Numbered from the stretch's first letter, positions 35,892 through 46,085 are shown. The stretch is 64,000 nucleotides of DNA from Dehalococcoidia bacterium (GCA_030612025.1 JAUWOR010000009.1:29482-93481); one strand, 5' to 3'. Notes: a model not told the origin generated them from the letters alone. Program-made: numbers and translations.

Positions 35892-36524
35892 ATGGCTGAG
35901 CAAGTAGGCAAGATAGAGAAACCGTTTGCGGGCCGTTTTAGAGAGGCTAAAAAGCTTTACCTTGTCCCGCTTGTATTCCTAAACGAGGCAGCGCCGGAAG
36001 AATATAAAGAAAAATGCCATCGTTATTGGCAGCAAGTGGTAGACCAACTTAGCAATTTAGAAACAAAGATTGGGAAGGTAAGTCACGTTTATCATGAGTC
36101 AATCTCCCTATCTGGCGAGGAGGGACTGAAGTTTGCAGAAAAGCTAAATCCAAATAGCTATCAAATCGCTAAAAGCAAGTGTGACAATGGGGCTATCTTT
36201 GAAGCAATTGAGGAAAATGACCTGCTTCAGGAGGTTATGGATTGGGAAAGGTGTTTGCTGCGCGGCTTGGTAACTGAAAAAGTGGCCAGTAAGGTTGCTG
36301 AATTTTATACTGAGGCTTCAAGGAAAAGAGATGAATTTATGGCCAAGAGATTGGATGAGACGCTTCAAGCTAATGAAGCAGGACTTTTATTTATCAGGGA
36401 AGGGTACAAATTGCAATTTCCCGCTGACATCGAGGTGTTTAGTGTTTTTCCACCAGCGCTAGATGAGATTCATCGCTGGTTTCGCGACCGTGCTAGGAAA
36501 GAGCGAGAGAAGGCTAAGGATTAA
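35892..36524 (+). CDS. hypothetical protein
   Basis: 210-aa ORF coupled to the upstream gene. Confidence 0.75.
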   Translation: MAEQVGKIEKPFAGRFREAKKLYLVPLVFLNEAAPEEYKEKCHRYWQQVVDQLSNLETKIGKVSHVYHESISLSGEEGLKFAEKLNPNSYQIAKSKCDNGAIFEAIEENDLLQEVMDWERCLLRGLVTEKVASKVAEFYTEASRKRDEFMAKRLDETLQANEAGLLFIREGYKLQFPADIEVFSVFPPALDEIHRWFRDRARKEREKAKD

Positions 36525-36541
36525 ACCCGCTTTGTAAAGGT

Positions 36542-37378
36542 ATGTTTATGAAAGTAAGGGAACCTGTTGTTTCGGGTACATTTTATGCTGGCACCCCCGG
36601 GGAGCTTAAGAAGCAAATTGAATGGTGTTATAAGCATGAGCTTGGTCCGGGAGTCGTGCCGCAGGTAAATAATGAAGGTTTGAGGGAAATCGTTGCCCTT
36701 GTTGTTCCCCATGCGGGCTATATTTACTCTGGACCAGTGGCTGCTCATGCTTATAAGGAGCTTGCTGATGACGGAGTAGTTGATACAGCGGTAGTACTCG
36801 GTCCTAACCATAGTGGCTATGGCTCTCCCGTTTCTTTGTGGCTGGGGGGTGCCTGGGAGACTCCTTTGGGCAAGGTGGGGATAAATGAGGAGCTTGCTCA
36901 TAGCCTTTTAGGAGGAGTGATTAAAGCAGGTGAGAGAGCTCATATGTATGAACATAGCATAGAGGTGCAGCTACCCTGGCTTCAGTATCTTTACGGGGAA
37001 TTGAAGCTCGTGCCCATAGCCATGCTGGCTCAGGATATAGAAACGGCTAGAGAAGTTGGCAAGGCTATTTCCAGATGTGGTGATAATATCATAGTCATAG
37101 CTAGCAGTGATTTCACTCATTATGAGCCTCACTCGGCAGCCACAGAAAAAGACAATTCTATGATAGAGGCGATAACCAATCTCGATGAAGAAGAGCTGTA
37201 TAAGAGGCGTGAACTCCTTAATTGCACTATGTGTGGCTATGGGCCAGTGGGGGCAGCGATTGTGGCAGCCAAAGAGATGAAAGCAAAAACGGCGAGTTTA
37301 TTGAAATATGCCACTAGCGGAGATACGACTGGAGATTTCTCCCGAGTGGTGGGCTATGGCTCTATTGTGATAAGATGA
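36542..37378 (+). CDS. amrB: MEMO1 / AmmeMemoRadiSam protein B
   Basis: REPVVSGTFY, PHAGYIYSG, EHSIEVQLP, ASSDFTHY, TMCGYGP, YATSGD. Confidence 0.92.
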   Translation: MFMKVREPVVSGTFYAGTPGELKKQIEWCYKHELGPGVVPQVNNEGLREIVALVVPHAGYIYSGPVAAHAYKELADDGVVDTAVVLGPNHSGYGSPVSLWLGGAWETPLGKVGINEELAHSLLGGVIKAGERAHMYEHSIEVQLPWLQYLYGELKLVPIAMLAQDIETAREVGKAISRCGDNIIVIASSDFTHYEPHSAATEKDNSMIEAITNLDEEELYKRRELLNCTMCGYGPVGAAIVAAKEMKAKTASLLKYATSGDTTGDFSRVVGYGSIVIR

Positions 37379-37543
37379 TAAAGACACTAACTTAAATCTC
37401 AAATCCTAAATTCCAAGCTCCAAATATTTTGGGATTTGGATATTGGTATTTGGTGCTTCTTCATTTGATGCCTTCCTCAATTGTGAAGATGCTAAAAGAG
37501 TTTGTCGCCTTTCCCGGATTGAAGAAAAGGGCAGTAAATGCAG

Positions 37544-37913
37544 GGGCAAGTAAGCCTATAAGCCGAGTTCTGTCCCCCGAGATAGGGTGGTGACCATCCA
37601 TCTAGCCCTGATGTTACCATCAGGGTCAAGCGACCAACCCGAGGGCATTGGCCGAGCACCTTAATCGCCCTCCTATTCGGTCTTGCTCCAGGTGGGGTTT
37701 GCCCAGCCAACTAGTCACCTAGTCACTGGTGAGCTCTTACCTCGCCATTTCACCCTTACCCATCCCCTTATTTGTCAAGGGACGAGCGGTATGTTTCTGT
37801 GGCACTTTCCGTAGGGTTGCCCCTCCTGGGTGTTACCCAGCACCTTGCTCGGTGGAGCTCGGACTTTCCTCCCTGTATATTAAATACAGAGCGGTCACCC
37901 AGTTTACTTACCC
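37544..37913 (-). ncRNA. rnpB: RNase P RNA (type A)
   Basis: Minus strand has GAGGAAAGTCC near the 5' end and ACAGAACTCGGCTTA near the 3' end; P1 ends pair. Confidence 0.96.
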
Positions 37914-37954
37914 AGCGTTAGTTTATAGGTAATAAGATAGGAGGTCAAATCCTT

Positions 37955-38055
37955 TTGTCGTTCTGAGTCCTTCCCTCTATGTCATTCTGAGGGTAGCGAA
38001 GAATCTCACTCCGCTCAGGACAGGCTCCGCGAAGAATCTGGAGACCCTTCCCTCG
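37955..38055. repeat. GTCA-type nested repeat
   Basis: tgtcgttctgag.. tgtcattctgagggtagcgaagaatctcactccgctcaggacaggctccgcgaagaatct; closely matches the rnj insert. Confidence 0.82.
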
Positions 38056-38096
38056 CACTTTGTTCAAGGTGGTAGCTAAGCGCTGTCATTTTAGGG

Positions 38097-38792
38097 CTAT
38101 TCCAGATACAATATCCTGTAGCAGTTATTGCATTGAACTAGGTCGCCAGCCCTGGCCTTTTGCCAACGGCTTATAGGCAAAGTGATACGGCATCCTTGGC
38201 ACCTTCCTTGCTCCACCTTAGCTACAGCCTGCCCCTTTGTTAACTTAATCTGTTCATAAAGGTTAAGAGCTTCTGGGTTAATTTGTTGCGCCAACTCCCG
38301 ACGGTTTTCATTGAGATTGGTAAGCACAGTGTCAACTTCGACTTTCCTGCGATTGAGATTTTCTTGTGTCTGTTGCCATTCCTGCTTCAGTTGTTGAAAC
38401 TCTTTTGTGCCAGCTTTTACCTTGGCTTCCATTTCCTCTACTTGGCTCATTAGCTCTAACACTTCGTCTTCTTTTGTGCTGAGCTTGCCTTTAAGGTTTT
38501 CAGCTTCATGCTTGATGTTGACCAGCTCCTTAGGATTCTTAATCGTGCCATCATAGAGTTTGTTGTTAAGGCGATTGACCCTCTCTTGCAAGTCTTCTAG
38601 TTCCCATTCAGCGTTCTTCTGTTTCTTTTTTGCCTCTACTAGTTGTTGTTTTTGTCTGGTGAGTTCAGATTCGGCGGTGACTAAAGCTCTGACTTCATTT
38701 AGCTGACGGATGACCTCGGCTACAATTTGTTGGTTCTTTTGCAGTTCGATATCAATTTGCTGCAACTTATAAAGTTGCCCTGGCAAGCTCAT
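38097..38792 (-). CDS. coiled-coil C4 zinc-ribbon protein (DUF164-like)
   Basis: LYKLQQID coiled coil; CQGCRITL..CNNCYRILY. Confidence 0.9.
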   Translation of the reverse strand: MSLPGQLYKLQQIDIELQKNQQIVAEVIRQLNEVRALVTAESELTRQKQQLVEAKKKQKNAEWELEDLQERVNRLNNKLYDGTIKNPKELVNIKHEAENLKGKLSTKEDEVLELMSQVEEMEAKVKAGTKEFQQLKQEWQQTQENLNRRKVEVDTVLTNLNENRRELAQQINPEALNLYEQIKLTKGQAVAKVEQGRCQGCRITLPISRWQKARAGDLVQCNNCYRILYLE

Positions 38793-38828
38793 GATGGAGC
38801 TTATTGTAGAAGCGGTCGGCAGCCCTTG

Positions 38829-39473
38829 TCAAAGGCTTCTTGGGTAATCAAGAACAACGATCTGTGGACCAGTAGGCAGAGAGGATGGGGTAACTGAAAA
38901 TTTTAGTTTTGCTTCTGGCTCGCGGATTCCCATTTTTCGGAGGAATTTATCCACGGGCTTGAGATTCATAATCAGTGCATCAGTTTTATAATGCATGGGA
39001 ATGACGATATGGGGGTTTAGCTGCCCCACAGTTTCTATGGCTATATCGATAGGTATGGTAGATATTTCTCCCACAGGCAAAAATAGAATATCGATAACCC
39101 CTAACTCCTCTACCAATTTTGGGGTCAGCTGATGTCCCAAGTCGCCGAGGTGACATAAAGTTATGCCATCCATCTCTATAAGATAAACGGTATTTTTGCC
39201 TTTAATTTTCCCGTTTTCATTGTCGTGAAAGGTGGCAATTCCGGTGATGAACGTGCCGCCTATTTCATATTCCCCCGGACCTTTTATTTGTTTCGGGTTA
39301 TTGGTGACGCCTTCAGTGTAGCTATGGCCAGGATGGGGGTGGCTTAAGGTCACTATATCTGCTCTAGGTTGGCCCAAGCAGTATCCCAGATTTGGGGAAT
39401 ACGGATCAGTAATGACGGTTTTTCCTTTCCCTTTAATGATAAAACAAGAATGTCCTAGCCAGCTAATTTCCAT
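38829..39473 (-). CDS. MBL-fold metallo-hydrolase
   Basis: WLGHSCF, TDPY, SHPHPGH, HLGDLGH, IPMHY. Confidence 0.9.
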   Translation of the reverse strand: MEISWLGHSCFIIKGKGKTVITDPYSPNLGYCLGQPRADIVTLSHPHPGHSYTEGVTNNPKQIKGPGEYEIGGTFITGIATFHDNENGKIKGKNTVYLIEMDGITLCHLGDLGHQLTPKLVEELGVIDILFLPVGEISTIPIDIAIETVGQLNPHIVIPMHYKTDALIMNLKPVDKFLRKMGIREPEAKLKFSVTPSSLPTGPQIVVLDYPRSL

Positions 39474-40438
39474 TAAGCCACCAGCGACGACAGGTGTTTT
39501 ATCCTCTTAAGCGAGTTAGGGTGACTGGTGAAAAGCTCCATCATCTTGTCAGTAGTTCCCAGTCGGATACTTTTCCCCCGTAACTCCATCAGCTCATTAC
39601 TATCAATGGTGCCATCCATATTGCGGTCAATCTGAGCTAGCTCCCTGATCTCATACCAGGCACGAGTGGGGTCGTTGACGAAGAAGGCTTTGACTCCCTC
39701 TACCCTTTTCAATTCCTCTTTTCCCTTAAAGCGGGCATTGCCATAGACTAGTTTATACAGGGCTGAAGCCAGATGATGTGGTTCATTGCCTAATTCAACG
39801 CTTCCCTGGTCGGCATAGTATTCCCTGATGCGTGAGCCATAGAGAACCAGCAAGTTGGTGATAAAGTAAAGAATAAAAGCACCGAGACCAATAAGGGCAG
39901 CATAGCCACCGCCTTGCCTTTGACCGCCAAAAGCCCCTCTAAACATCATACCCCAGGCAATCCAGTACATAACGAGTGGTATAGCAGATAGCAGGGTCAT
40001 AAACACCATGTCCCTGTGTTTGACATGTGATAGCTCATGCCCCAGGACAGCCTTGAGCTCATCCTTATTCAACAGGTTCAGGATACCCTGGGTAACACAG
40101 ACTCGCCCATCTCGTTGGGTCTTTCCAAAGGCAAAGGCATTTGGAATTGCTAGCTGTGAGATGCCCACCTTGGGCTTAGGAAGATGAGCCCTCTCGGCAA
40201 GCCCAGCCACCATTCTATGCAGCTCTGGAGCTTCTTTCTCGGAAACCCACTTTACCTTCATTGTCCTGCTTACTATGGCCGGACCGATAAGATACTGGAT
40301 GCCGAGGAAGACGAAAGCCAGGATAAGATAGGTTAAGGCGCTGCCCGCTCCCATCCATGTTCCGACTCCGGTAATCACGCCATAGAGGATGGCAAAGAGC
40401 AAGGCAACCAGCAAGAACATCCTCGTATTAAGCCCCAT
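39473..40438 (-). CDS. htpX: M48 zinc metalloprotease HtpX
   Basis: PNAFAFG, HELSH, SRIREYYAD, LFTSHP. Confidence 0.93.
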   Translation of the reverse strand: MGLNTRMFLLVALLFAILYGVITGVGTWMGAGSALTYLILAFVFLGIQYLIGPAIVSRTMKVKWVSEKEAPELHRMVAGLAERAHLPKPKVGISQLAIPNAFAFGKTQRDGRVCVTQGILNLLNKDELKAVLGHELSHVKHRDMVFMTLLSAIPLVMYWIAWGMMFRGAFGGQRQGGGYAALIGLGAFILYFITNLLVLYGSRIREYYADQGSVELGNEPHHLASALYKLVYGNARFKGKEELKRVEGVKAFFVNDPTRAWYEIRELAQIDRNMDGTIDSNELMELRGKSIRLGTTDKMMELFTSHPNSLKRIKHLSSLVA

Positions 40439-40536
40439 AAGTCCCCTCCCCGTAGTGCATTGGCAGCTCAGTAAAATGCATCAAGATGAATGATATAGCA
40501 AAAGATAACCTAAGGCAAACAGCATAGGTTGGAGGG

Positions 40537-40585
40537 TTGACATGAAGGTGTAAAGTGGTTAACCTTAGTAATTAATAGGTTAACA
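40537..40585 (+). promoter_or_regulatory. promoter with overlapping BirA operator
   Basis: TTGACA(40537)-17-TAACCT; palindrome GTTAAC-N15-GTTAAC (40557-40585) fits TGTWAAC-N14/15-GTTWACA. Confidence 0.75.
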
Positions 40586-40587
40586 AA

Positions 40588-41535
40588 ATGAAGGCGGATA
40601 TATTAAAGACTCTACGAGAGAGTGGAGATTATGTTTCTGGCCAGGTGCTAAGCAAAGAGCTTGGCATCTCGAGGGTTTCCGTCTGGAAGCGTATTCGTAG
40701 TTTAAAACAGGATGGCTATGTAATAGAGGCCTCGGCTAGAGGCTATCGCTTAGTTTCCTCTCCGGATTTATTGCTCCCTTATGAATTTCCTGGCTGGGAA
40801 GAGAAAATTCATCACTTCCAGGAAATTGGCTCGACAATGGATGTGGCCAGAGAACTAGCTAGAAAGGGGGCGAAGGAAGGGACAATAGTGATTGCTGAGT
40901 CTCAAACTCGTGGCAGAGGAAGGTTAGGTCGGGAATGGCTCTCTCCCAAAGGTGGAATTTATTTCACTCTTGTTTTAAGACCAAAAATAAGCCCGGCATA
41001 TGCTCCGCGGATAAACCTGATGGCCTCGGTGGCAGTAGCCAAAGCTATTAGAAAGGCCTTTGATTTGAAAGCCGAATTGAAGTGGCCCAATGATGTTTTG
41101 ATTGAGGGAAGGAAGGTATGCGGCATATTGGCTGAGATGGAGGCAGAGATGGATAAGGTGAACTTCATCAATCTTGGAATAGGCATAAATGCCAATACTT
41201 CCACTTCACAGTATGAAAAAATGGCCACTTCGCTAAAAGACGAATTGAGGAAGGAGATCTCTAGGAAGCAACTTTTAAATTCTCTGTTAAAAGAAATAGC
41301 TAAGCAACAAGCTTTACTAAGCGAGAACAAGTTGCTTGAGGAGTGGAAAAAGCTCTCTACTACATTGAATAAGCTGGTAAAGATAGTGGCGCCAGGTGAG
41401 GAAATAACAGGACGAGCGATAGATATAGATACTAATGGAGCGCTGGTAATAAAAGGCAAAGATGGCTCTTTGAGGAGCGTTATCGCTGGAGATTGTATCC
41501 ACCTCGTGAAAGAAGCACTAAATACTAATATCTAA
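40588..41535 (+). CDS. birA: bifunctional biotin ligase/repressor
   Basis: N-terminal HTH (SGQVLSKELGISRVSVWK), QTRGRGRLGREW, KWPND, KVCGIL. Confidence 0.96.
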   Translation: MKADILKTLRESGDYVSGQVLSKELGISRVSVWKRIRSLKQDGYVIEASARGYRLVSSPDLLLPYEFPGWEEKIHHFQEIGSTMDVARELARKGAKEGTIVIAESQTRGRGRLGREWLSPKGGIYFTLVLRPKISPAYAPRINLMASVAVAKAIRKAFDLKAELKWPNDVLIEGRKVCGILAEMEAEMDKVNFINLGIGINANTSTSQYEKMATSLKDELRKEISRKQLLNSLLKEIAKQQALLSENKLLEEWKKLSTTLNKLVKIVAPGEEITGRAIDIDTNGALVIKGKDGSLRSVIAGDCIHLVKEALNTNI

Positions 41536-41639
41536 ATCCTAAAGAATTAGGAATTTGGATTTTGAATTTGTTTAGAGCTTAGAAATTAGAGTTTAGAATT
41601 TAGGTTATATGTTGCATACCTGTCTTTCCGTTTAGTAGC

Positions 41640-43061
41640 ATGCCTCAGTTACTTATCATTAGTGCTTATTTTCTAGCCATAATTGGCATAGGGGTGTGGA
41701 GTAGAAGGAGGGCAGGAAGCCAAGACGGATTCTTTGTTGCCCATCGCAGGGGAACTACGCTTCTTATCACCGGATCCCTTCTAGCTACTGCTGTTGGGGG
41801 TTCGGTAACTGTGGGGATGGCTGGCTTGGGATTTGGGCAGGGCTTGACCGGTGCTTGGTGGCTGCTTGTTGGTGCTATTGGTCTGTTAATTTTAGGGTGC
41901 TTCTTTGCTAAGAAGGCAAGAATTGCTGCCCTCTACACCCTTCCAGAGCTGGTGGAAAGGCAGTATAACCGCCGTGTAGGTTTGGCGGCCTCCATTCTTA
42001 TCGTTATCGCCTGGACAGGTGTGGTCGCAGGGCAAATTGTGGCTGCTGGCAAAGTTTTATCTATTCTGGGAATAGCCTCTGTTACCTCTTGGATGATTAT
42101 TTTTACCGTAGTCTTTGTAAGCTATGCCATTTTAGGAGGTCAATACTCTATTATCCGCACCGACGTTTTCCAGGCGGCAATACTTTTTGCTGGAATTTTT
42201 GTCGCTTTAGCTTTGGTCTTTTCTCAGGTGGGGGGATTGGGTGGATTGAGAGCTTCTCTACCTCCAGCTTACTTTTCTTTTCCACTAAGCCCCGAATTCG
42301 ATGGGAAGATGCTTGTGTCCCTTTTAATTCTTGTGGGCGCAACTTTTGTAGTTGGTCCAGATATATATACTCGACTTTTCTGTGCCAAAGAAGAAAAAAC
42401 GGCTCAACTATCGGCTTTTTGGTCTGCCTTTCTTTTTCTCCCCTTAGCTTTTGCCATTACTTTAATAGGAATGGGTGCCAAGGTTCTATATCCTGAGATT
42501 TCTGCCGAGCAAGCCTTTCCGCAAGTAATAAGTGGGATTCTCTCTCCCGGTTTAAGTGGGTTGATTCTCGCTGCCTTGGTCGCGGCGCTCATGTCCTCAG
42601 CGGATACTTGTCTCCTTAGCCAAAGCGTTATCCTGACCAAGGATATATTTAAGCGATTTCGCCCTTCATTTGATGAAGGAAAGACTGTTTTGCTAACCCG
42701 CTTAAGTGTACTGGTATTGGGTCTTGTAGCATTGGGTTTAGCTATAGCCTTGAAAGGAGTGATTTCATCCCTTCTCTTTGCTTACACTATCTTTACCTGT
42801 GGCTTAGTTGTTCCCGTAATTGCTGGATTTTACAAAGAAAAGCTGAAAGTGACTTCGCAAGGAGCTTTGGCAGCTCTTATAGGCGGTGGCGTAATAGGGC
42901 TGGCAGGGAAAATTCCCGGTCTTGATATCCCTCTCAAGGAAGACCTGGGCCTTATAGGGTTTGCTATAAGTGCCCTTCTCCTTTTTGGGGTAAGCTTCCT
43001 TAGTCTTAAGGGGCTGTCATTGCGAGGCACGAAGTGCCAAAGCAATCCTAAAGGGCGGTAA
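41640..43061 (+). CDS. sodium:solute symporter (SSS) family transporter
   Basis: About 13 TMs; TLPELVERQY, IRTDVFQ, AALMSSAD. Confidence 0.92.
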   Translation: MPQLLIISAYFLAIIGIGVWSRRRAGSQDGFFVAHRRGTTLLITGSLLATAVGGSVTVGMAGLGFGQGLTGAWWLLVGAIGLLILGCFFAKKARIAALYTLPELVERQYNRRVGLAASILIVIAWTGVVAGQIVAAGKVLSILGIASVTSWMIIFTVVFVSYAILGGQYSIIRTDVFQAAILFAGIFVALALVFSQVGGLGGLRASLPPAYFSFPLSPEFDGKMLVSLLILVGATFVVGPDIYTRLFCAKEEKTAQLSAFWSAFLFLPLAFAITLIGMGAKVLYPEISAEQAFPQVISGILSPGLSGLILAALVAALMSSADTCLLSQSVILTKDIFKRFRPSFDEGKTVLLTRLSVLVLGLVALGLAIALKGVISSLLFAYTIFTCGLVVPVIAGFYKEKLKVTSQGALAALIGGGVIGLAGKIPGLDIPLKEDLGLIGFAISALLLFGVSFLSLKGLSLRGTKCQSNPKGR

Positions 43062-43128
43062 GGAGATTGTTTCATTTCATTCGCAATGACATTCTTAGCA
43101 GCCTCAAATCCGTGCTATAATGAAAAAG

Positions 43129-43983
43129 GTGCACGTTGCTATCATTGGTTTGGGACTCATTGGTGGCTCTATCGGGCTTGCCTTGAAGGAAGTGGGTGAG
43201 CTAGGGTGGGAGGTTGTTGGTTATGTTCGCCGTGCCGAAGCTGCTTCAATTGCGTTGAGTTTAGGAGCGGTTGATAGAGCGGAAACTAACCTTAGGAAGG
43301 CGGTAAAGGGAGCCGACCTGGTTATCATTGCTACTCCAGTTCTAACTATAAAACAGATTCTATCTCAAATAGCTAGCTGTCTCCCTCATGGTTGCATAGT
43401 TACTGATACAGCAAGCACAAAAGTCGAGGTTATGAGGTGGGCAGAGGAAATATTGCCACCAACAGTAGATTTCGTTGGCGGGCATCCTATGGCGGGGAAA
43501 GAAGCCTATGGTATTCAGGCTGCCGAGGCTAAATTATTTCAAGGGTCTGCTTATTGCCTTACCCCAGCAAAGAAAGCTTCATCACAGGCGATAGATAGAG
43601 TGGCAAATTTAGTGAAGAAATTGGGGGCTAGTCCCCTTTTTATTGACGCTGAGGAGCATGACAACTTGGTGGCTGGCATCAGTCATTTACCTATGTTGCT
43701 CTCAGCAGCCTTGGTATCAGCGACTACTAAGGATTCCTCTTGGGACAAAATGTCTCGACTAGCTGCCTCTGGCTATCGTGATCTCACTCGACTGGCTTCG
43801 GGAAATCCCGAGGTGAATGCTCATATTTGCCTTACTAATAGGCAAGCCGTAATCCATTGGATTGATGAATTCAGCAAGGAGTTGGATAGGTATCGCCAGC
43901 TAGTGGGTGTGAGGGATGAACACTTGGAGGAGGCTCTAGCTGAGGCTAATAAAGCAAGGCAAAAATGGCTAGACAAAACATAG
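43129..43983 (+). CDS. tyrA: prephenate dehydrogenase
   Basis: IIGLGLIGGS, TDTASTK, GGHPMAG, EEHD, SHLP; GTG at 43129 preferred because ATG 43120 lies inside the -10 box. Confidence 0.93.
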   Translation: MHVAIIGLGLIGGSIGLALKEVGELGWEVVGYVRRAEAASIALSLGAVDRAETNLRKAVKGADLVIIATPVLTIKQILSQIASCLPHGCIVTDTASTKVEVMRWAEEILPPTVDFVGGHPMAGKEAYGIQAAEAKLFQGSAYCLTPAKKASSQAIDRVANLVKKLGASPLFIDAEEHDNLVAGISHLPMLLSAALVSATTKDSSWDKMSRLAASGYRDLTRLASGNPEVNAHICLTNRQAVIHWIDEFSKELDRYRQLVGVRDEHLEEALAEANKARQKWLDKT

Positions 43984-45278
43984 CTAAGACAGTTAAACCC
44001 TGTCCGCGCTTAAAGGGAGAAATTACCCTGCCGGGAGACAAATCTATCTCCCATCGAGCAGCCATTCTCAATAGCCTGGCTTGGGGCAAAGCTGAGATTA
44101 GTAATTTTGCTCCAGGCAAAGATTGTCTCGCCACTATTAGCTGTTTAAGGGCTCTAGGAGTGGAAATCCGTAGAGGGGGGCCTCAGAATTGTCCCACTTT
44201 GCTAGTTTCCGGAACTGGAAAAGATGGTTTGAAGGAACCTGCCAATGTACTCAATGCTGAAAACAGTGGCACTACTATGCGCCTCCTTAGTGGTCTCCTT
44301 TGCAGCCAGCCCTTTCTATCTATCATTACCGGCGATGTCTCCCTTCGTAGGCGTCCCATGGGGAGGCTGATCGAGCCACTGCGCCGCATGGGCGCTGAAA
44401 TTTTCGGGAGGGGGAGGGATTCCTTCGCCCCCCTGGTTATCAAGGGAAGAGAATTGCACGGCATAGAATTCTCCTTGCCCATTCCTAGTGCTCAGATTAA
44501 ATCGGCAATTCTATTAGCTGGCCTTTTTGCTCAGGGCAAGACTATCTTGCATCAGCCAATCCCCTCACGGGATCATACTGAGAGGTTGCTCAAGCAAATG
44601 GGGGCTAAATTAAAAAGCGATGGCAATTTTATTTCTTTGAGCCCTTTACTCAACCCTTTAGCTCCTATTAGCTTTCGCATACCTGGTGACATCAGCTCAG
44701 CGGCTTATTTCTTAGTTGCCGGGGCCATTCATCCCAATGCTAGGATAGTGATAAAGGATTGTGGTATTAACCCTACCCGAACAGGGATCATTGATATTCT
44801 TCTTGCTATGGGGGCTAAGCTCAGGGTAGAAAACAAGCGAGGGGAAGCTGGCGAGCCATTGGCTGATATTATAGTGGAATCTAGTGAGCTAAAAGGGGTT
44901 GAGATTGGTGGGGATATTATCCCTCGCCTCATAGACGAGATTCCTGTTTTGGCGGTAGCTGGCTGTGTAGCTAGAGGTAAAACTGTCATCAGGGGTGCTG
45001 GTGAATTGCGAGTGAAGGAGTCGGATAGGATTGCTACCGTATCAAGGGAACTTTCCCGTTTGGGGGCTAAAATTGAGCCATTGCCTGATGGTATGGTTAT
45101 CTATGGAGGGAAGCCTCTCTTAGGAGCAGAGGTTGATAGTCACCTAGACCATCGGTTGGCGATGAGCTTGGCTATAGCTGGTTTGATAGCTAAGGAGGGA
45201 ACAACTATTAACCATGCCCAAGTGGTGCAGGTCTCCTATCCTGCCTTCTGGCAGGATTTGCAGAATCTTGCTGATTAA
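43965..45278 (+). CDS. aroA: EPSP synthase
   Basis: PGDKSISHR, NSGTTMRL, SAQIKS, LRVKESDR, DHRLAM. Confidence 0.97.
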   Translation: MARQNIAKTVKPCPRLKGEITLPGDKSISHRAAILNSLAWGKAEISNFAPGKDCLATISCLRALGVEIRRGGPQNCPTLLVSGTGKDGLKEPANVLNAENSGTTMRLLSGLLCSQPFLSIITGDVSLRRRPMGRLIEPLRRMGAEIFGRGRDSFAPLVIKGRELHGIEFSLPIPSAQIKSAILLAGLFAQGKTILHQPIPSRDHTERLLKQMGAKLKSDGNFISLSPLLNPLAPISFRIPGDISSAAYFLVAGAIHPNARIVIKDCGINPTRTGIIDILLAMGAKLRVENKRGEAGEPLADIIVESSELKGVEIGGDIIPRLIDEIPVLAVAGCVARGKTVIRGAGELRVKESDRIATVSRELSRLGAKIEPLPDGMVIYGGKPLLGAEVDSHLDHRLAMSLAIAGLIAKEGTTINHAQVVQVSYPAFWQDLQNLAD

Positions 45279-45295
45279 GGTTAGCTGGGAATGAA

Positions 45296-45928
45296 ATGAA
45301 GCAATCTCATAGTCTTAGATCCTTCGCTTCACTCAGGACTGCGCCTTTGCTCATTGTCCTTACTGGACCCTCGGGAGTAGGCAAGGATGCTGTGCTTACC
45401 AGAATGAGGAAGCTGAGGCATCCTTTCCACTATGTTGTTACTGCCACAACACGCCCCCAGCGTGAAGGGGAGAAAAACGGAGTAGATTATTACTTTTTAT
45501 CGCAGGAAGAGTTTCAGCAAATGGTAGATAAAGGTCAACTTTTAGAATGGGCTAAGGTTTATGGCAATTACTATGGTGTGCCCAGGGATGAGATAAGCAA
45601 AGCTTTATCTAAGGGGGCAGACGTGATAGTTAAGGTGGATGTCCAGGGAGCGGCCACTATCAAGAAAATCCTGCCTCAAGCGGTATTTATTTTTCTCACG
45701 CCCCCTTCTATGGAGGAATTGGAACTACGGCTGAAGCAACGCCGCAGTGAATCTTCAATAGATTTAGCTTTAAGGTTGGAGAGGGCTAAAGAAGAGATAA
45801 AAAGCTTGCCGCTCTTCGATTATGTCATAACAAGCTACCAAGATAGGCTTGATGACATTATCTCTCAGATTGATGCCATCGTCACCGCGGAAAAATGCCG
45901 AGTGAAGCCGAGAATTGTGGAGCTATGA
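45296..45928 (+). CDS. gmk: guanylate kinase
   Basis: LTGPSGVGKD, TTRPQREGEKNGVDYYF, YGNYYG. Confidence 0.96.
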   Translation: MKQSHSLRSFASLRTAPLLIVLTGPSGVGKDAVLTRMRKLRHPFHYVVTATTRPQREGEKNGVDYYFLSQEEFQQMVDKGQLLEWAKVYGNYYGVPRDEISKALSKGADVIVKVDVQGAATIKKILPQAVFIFLTPPSMEELELRLKQRRSESSIDLALRLERAKEEIKSLPLFDYVITSYQDRLDDIISQIDAIVTAEKCRVKPRIVEL

Positions 45929-45964
45929 TTTTATAGCTTGCCCTGCTGGGAGGTATACTTTAAT

Positions 45965-46085
45965 CTTTTAACCAGAGCCGCGATTATCAAGCCTATGAAT
46001 ACATGAAGCTTCAATGGATAAAGCGATAAGACGACTGAGACAGCCAACCCTATTACAAAAGCTACAATTGGTGGTATATCTCCAT
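45965..46085 (-). pseudogene. possible GntP-family permease 5' remnant
   Basis: PPIVAFVIGLAVSVVLSLYPLKLHVFIGLIIAALV behind RBS GGGAGG; no intact start or continuation. Confidence 0.4.
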
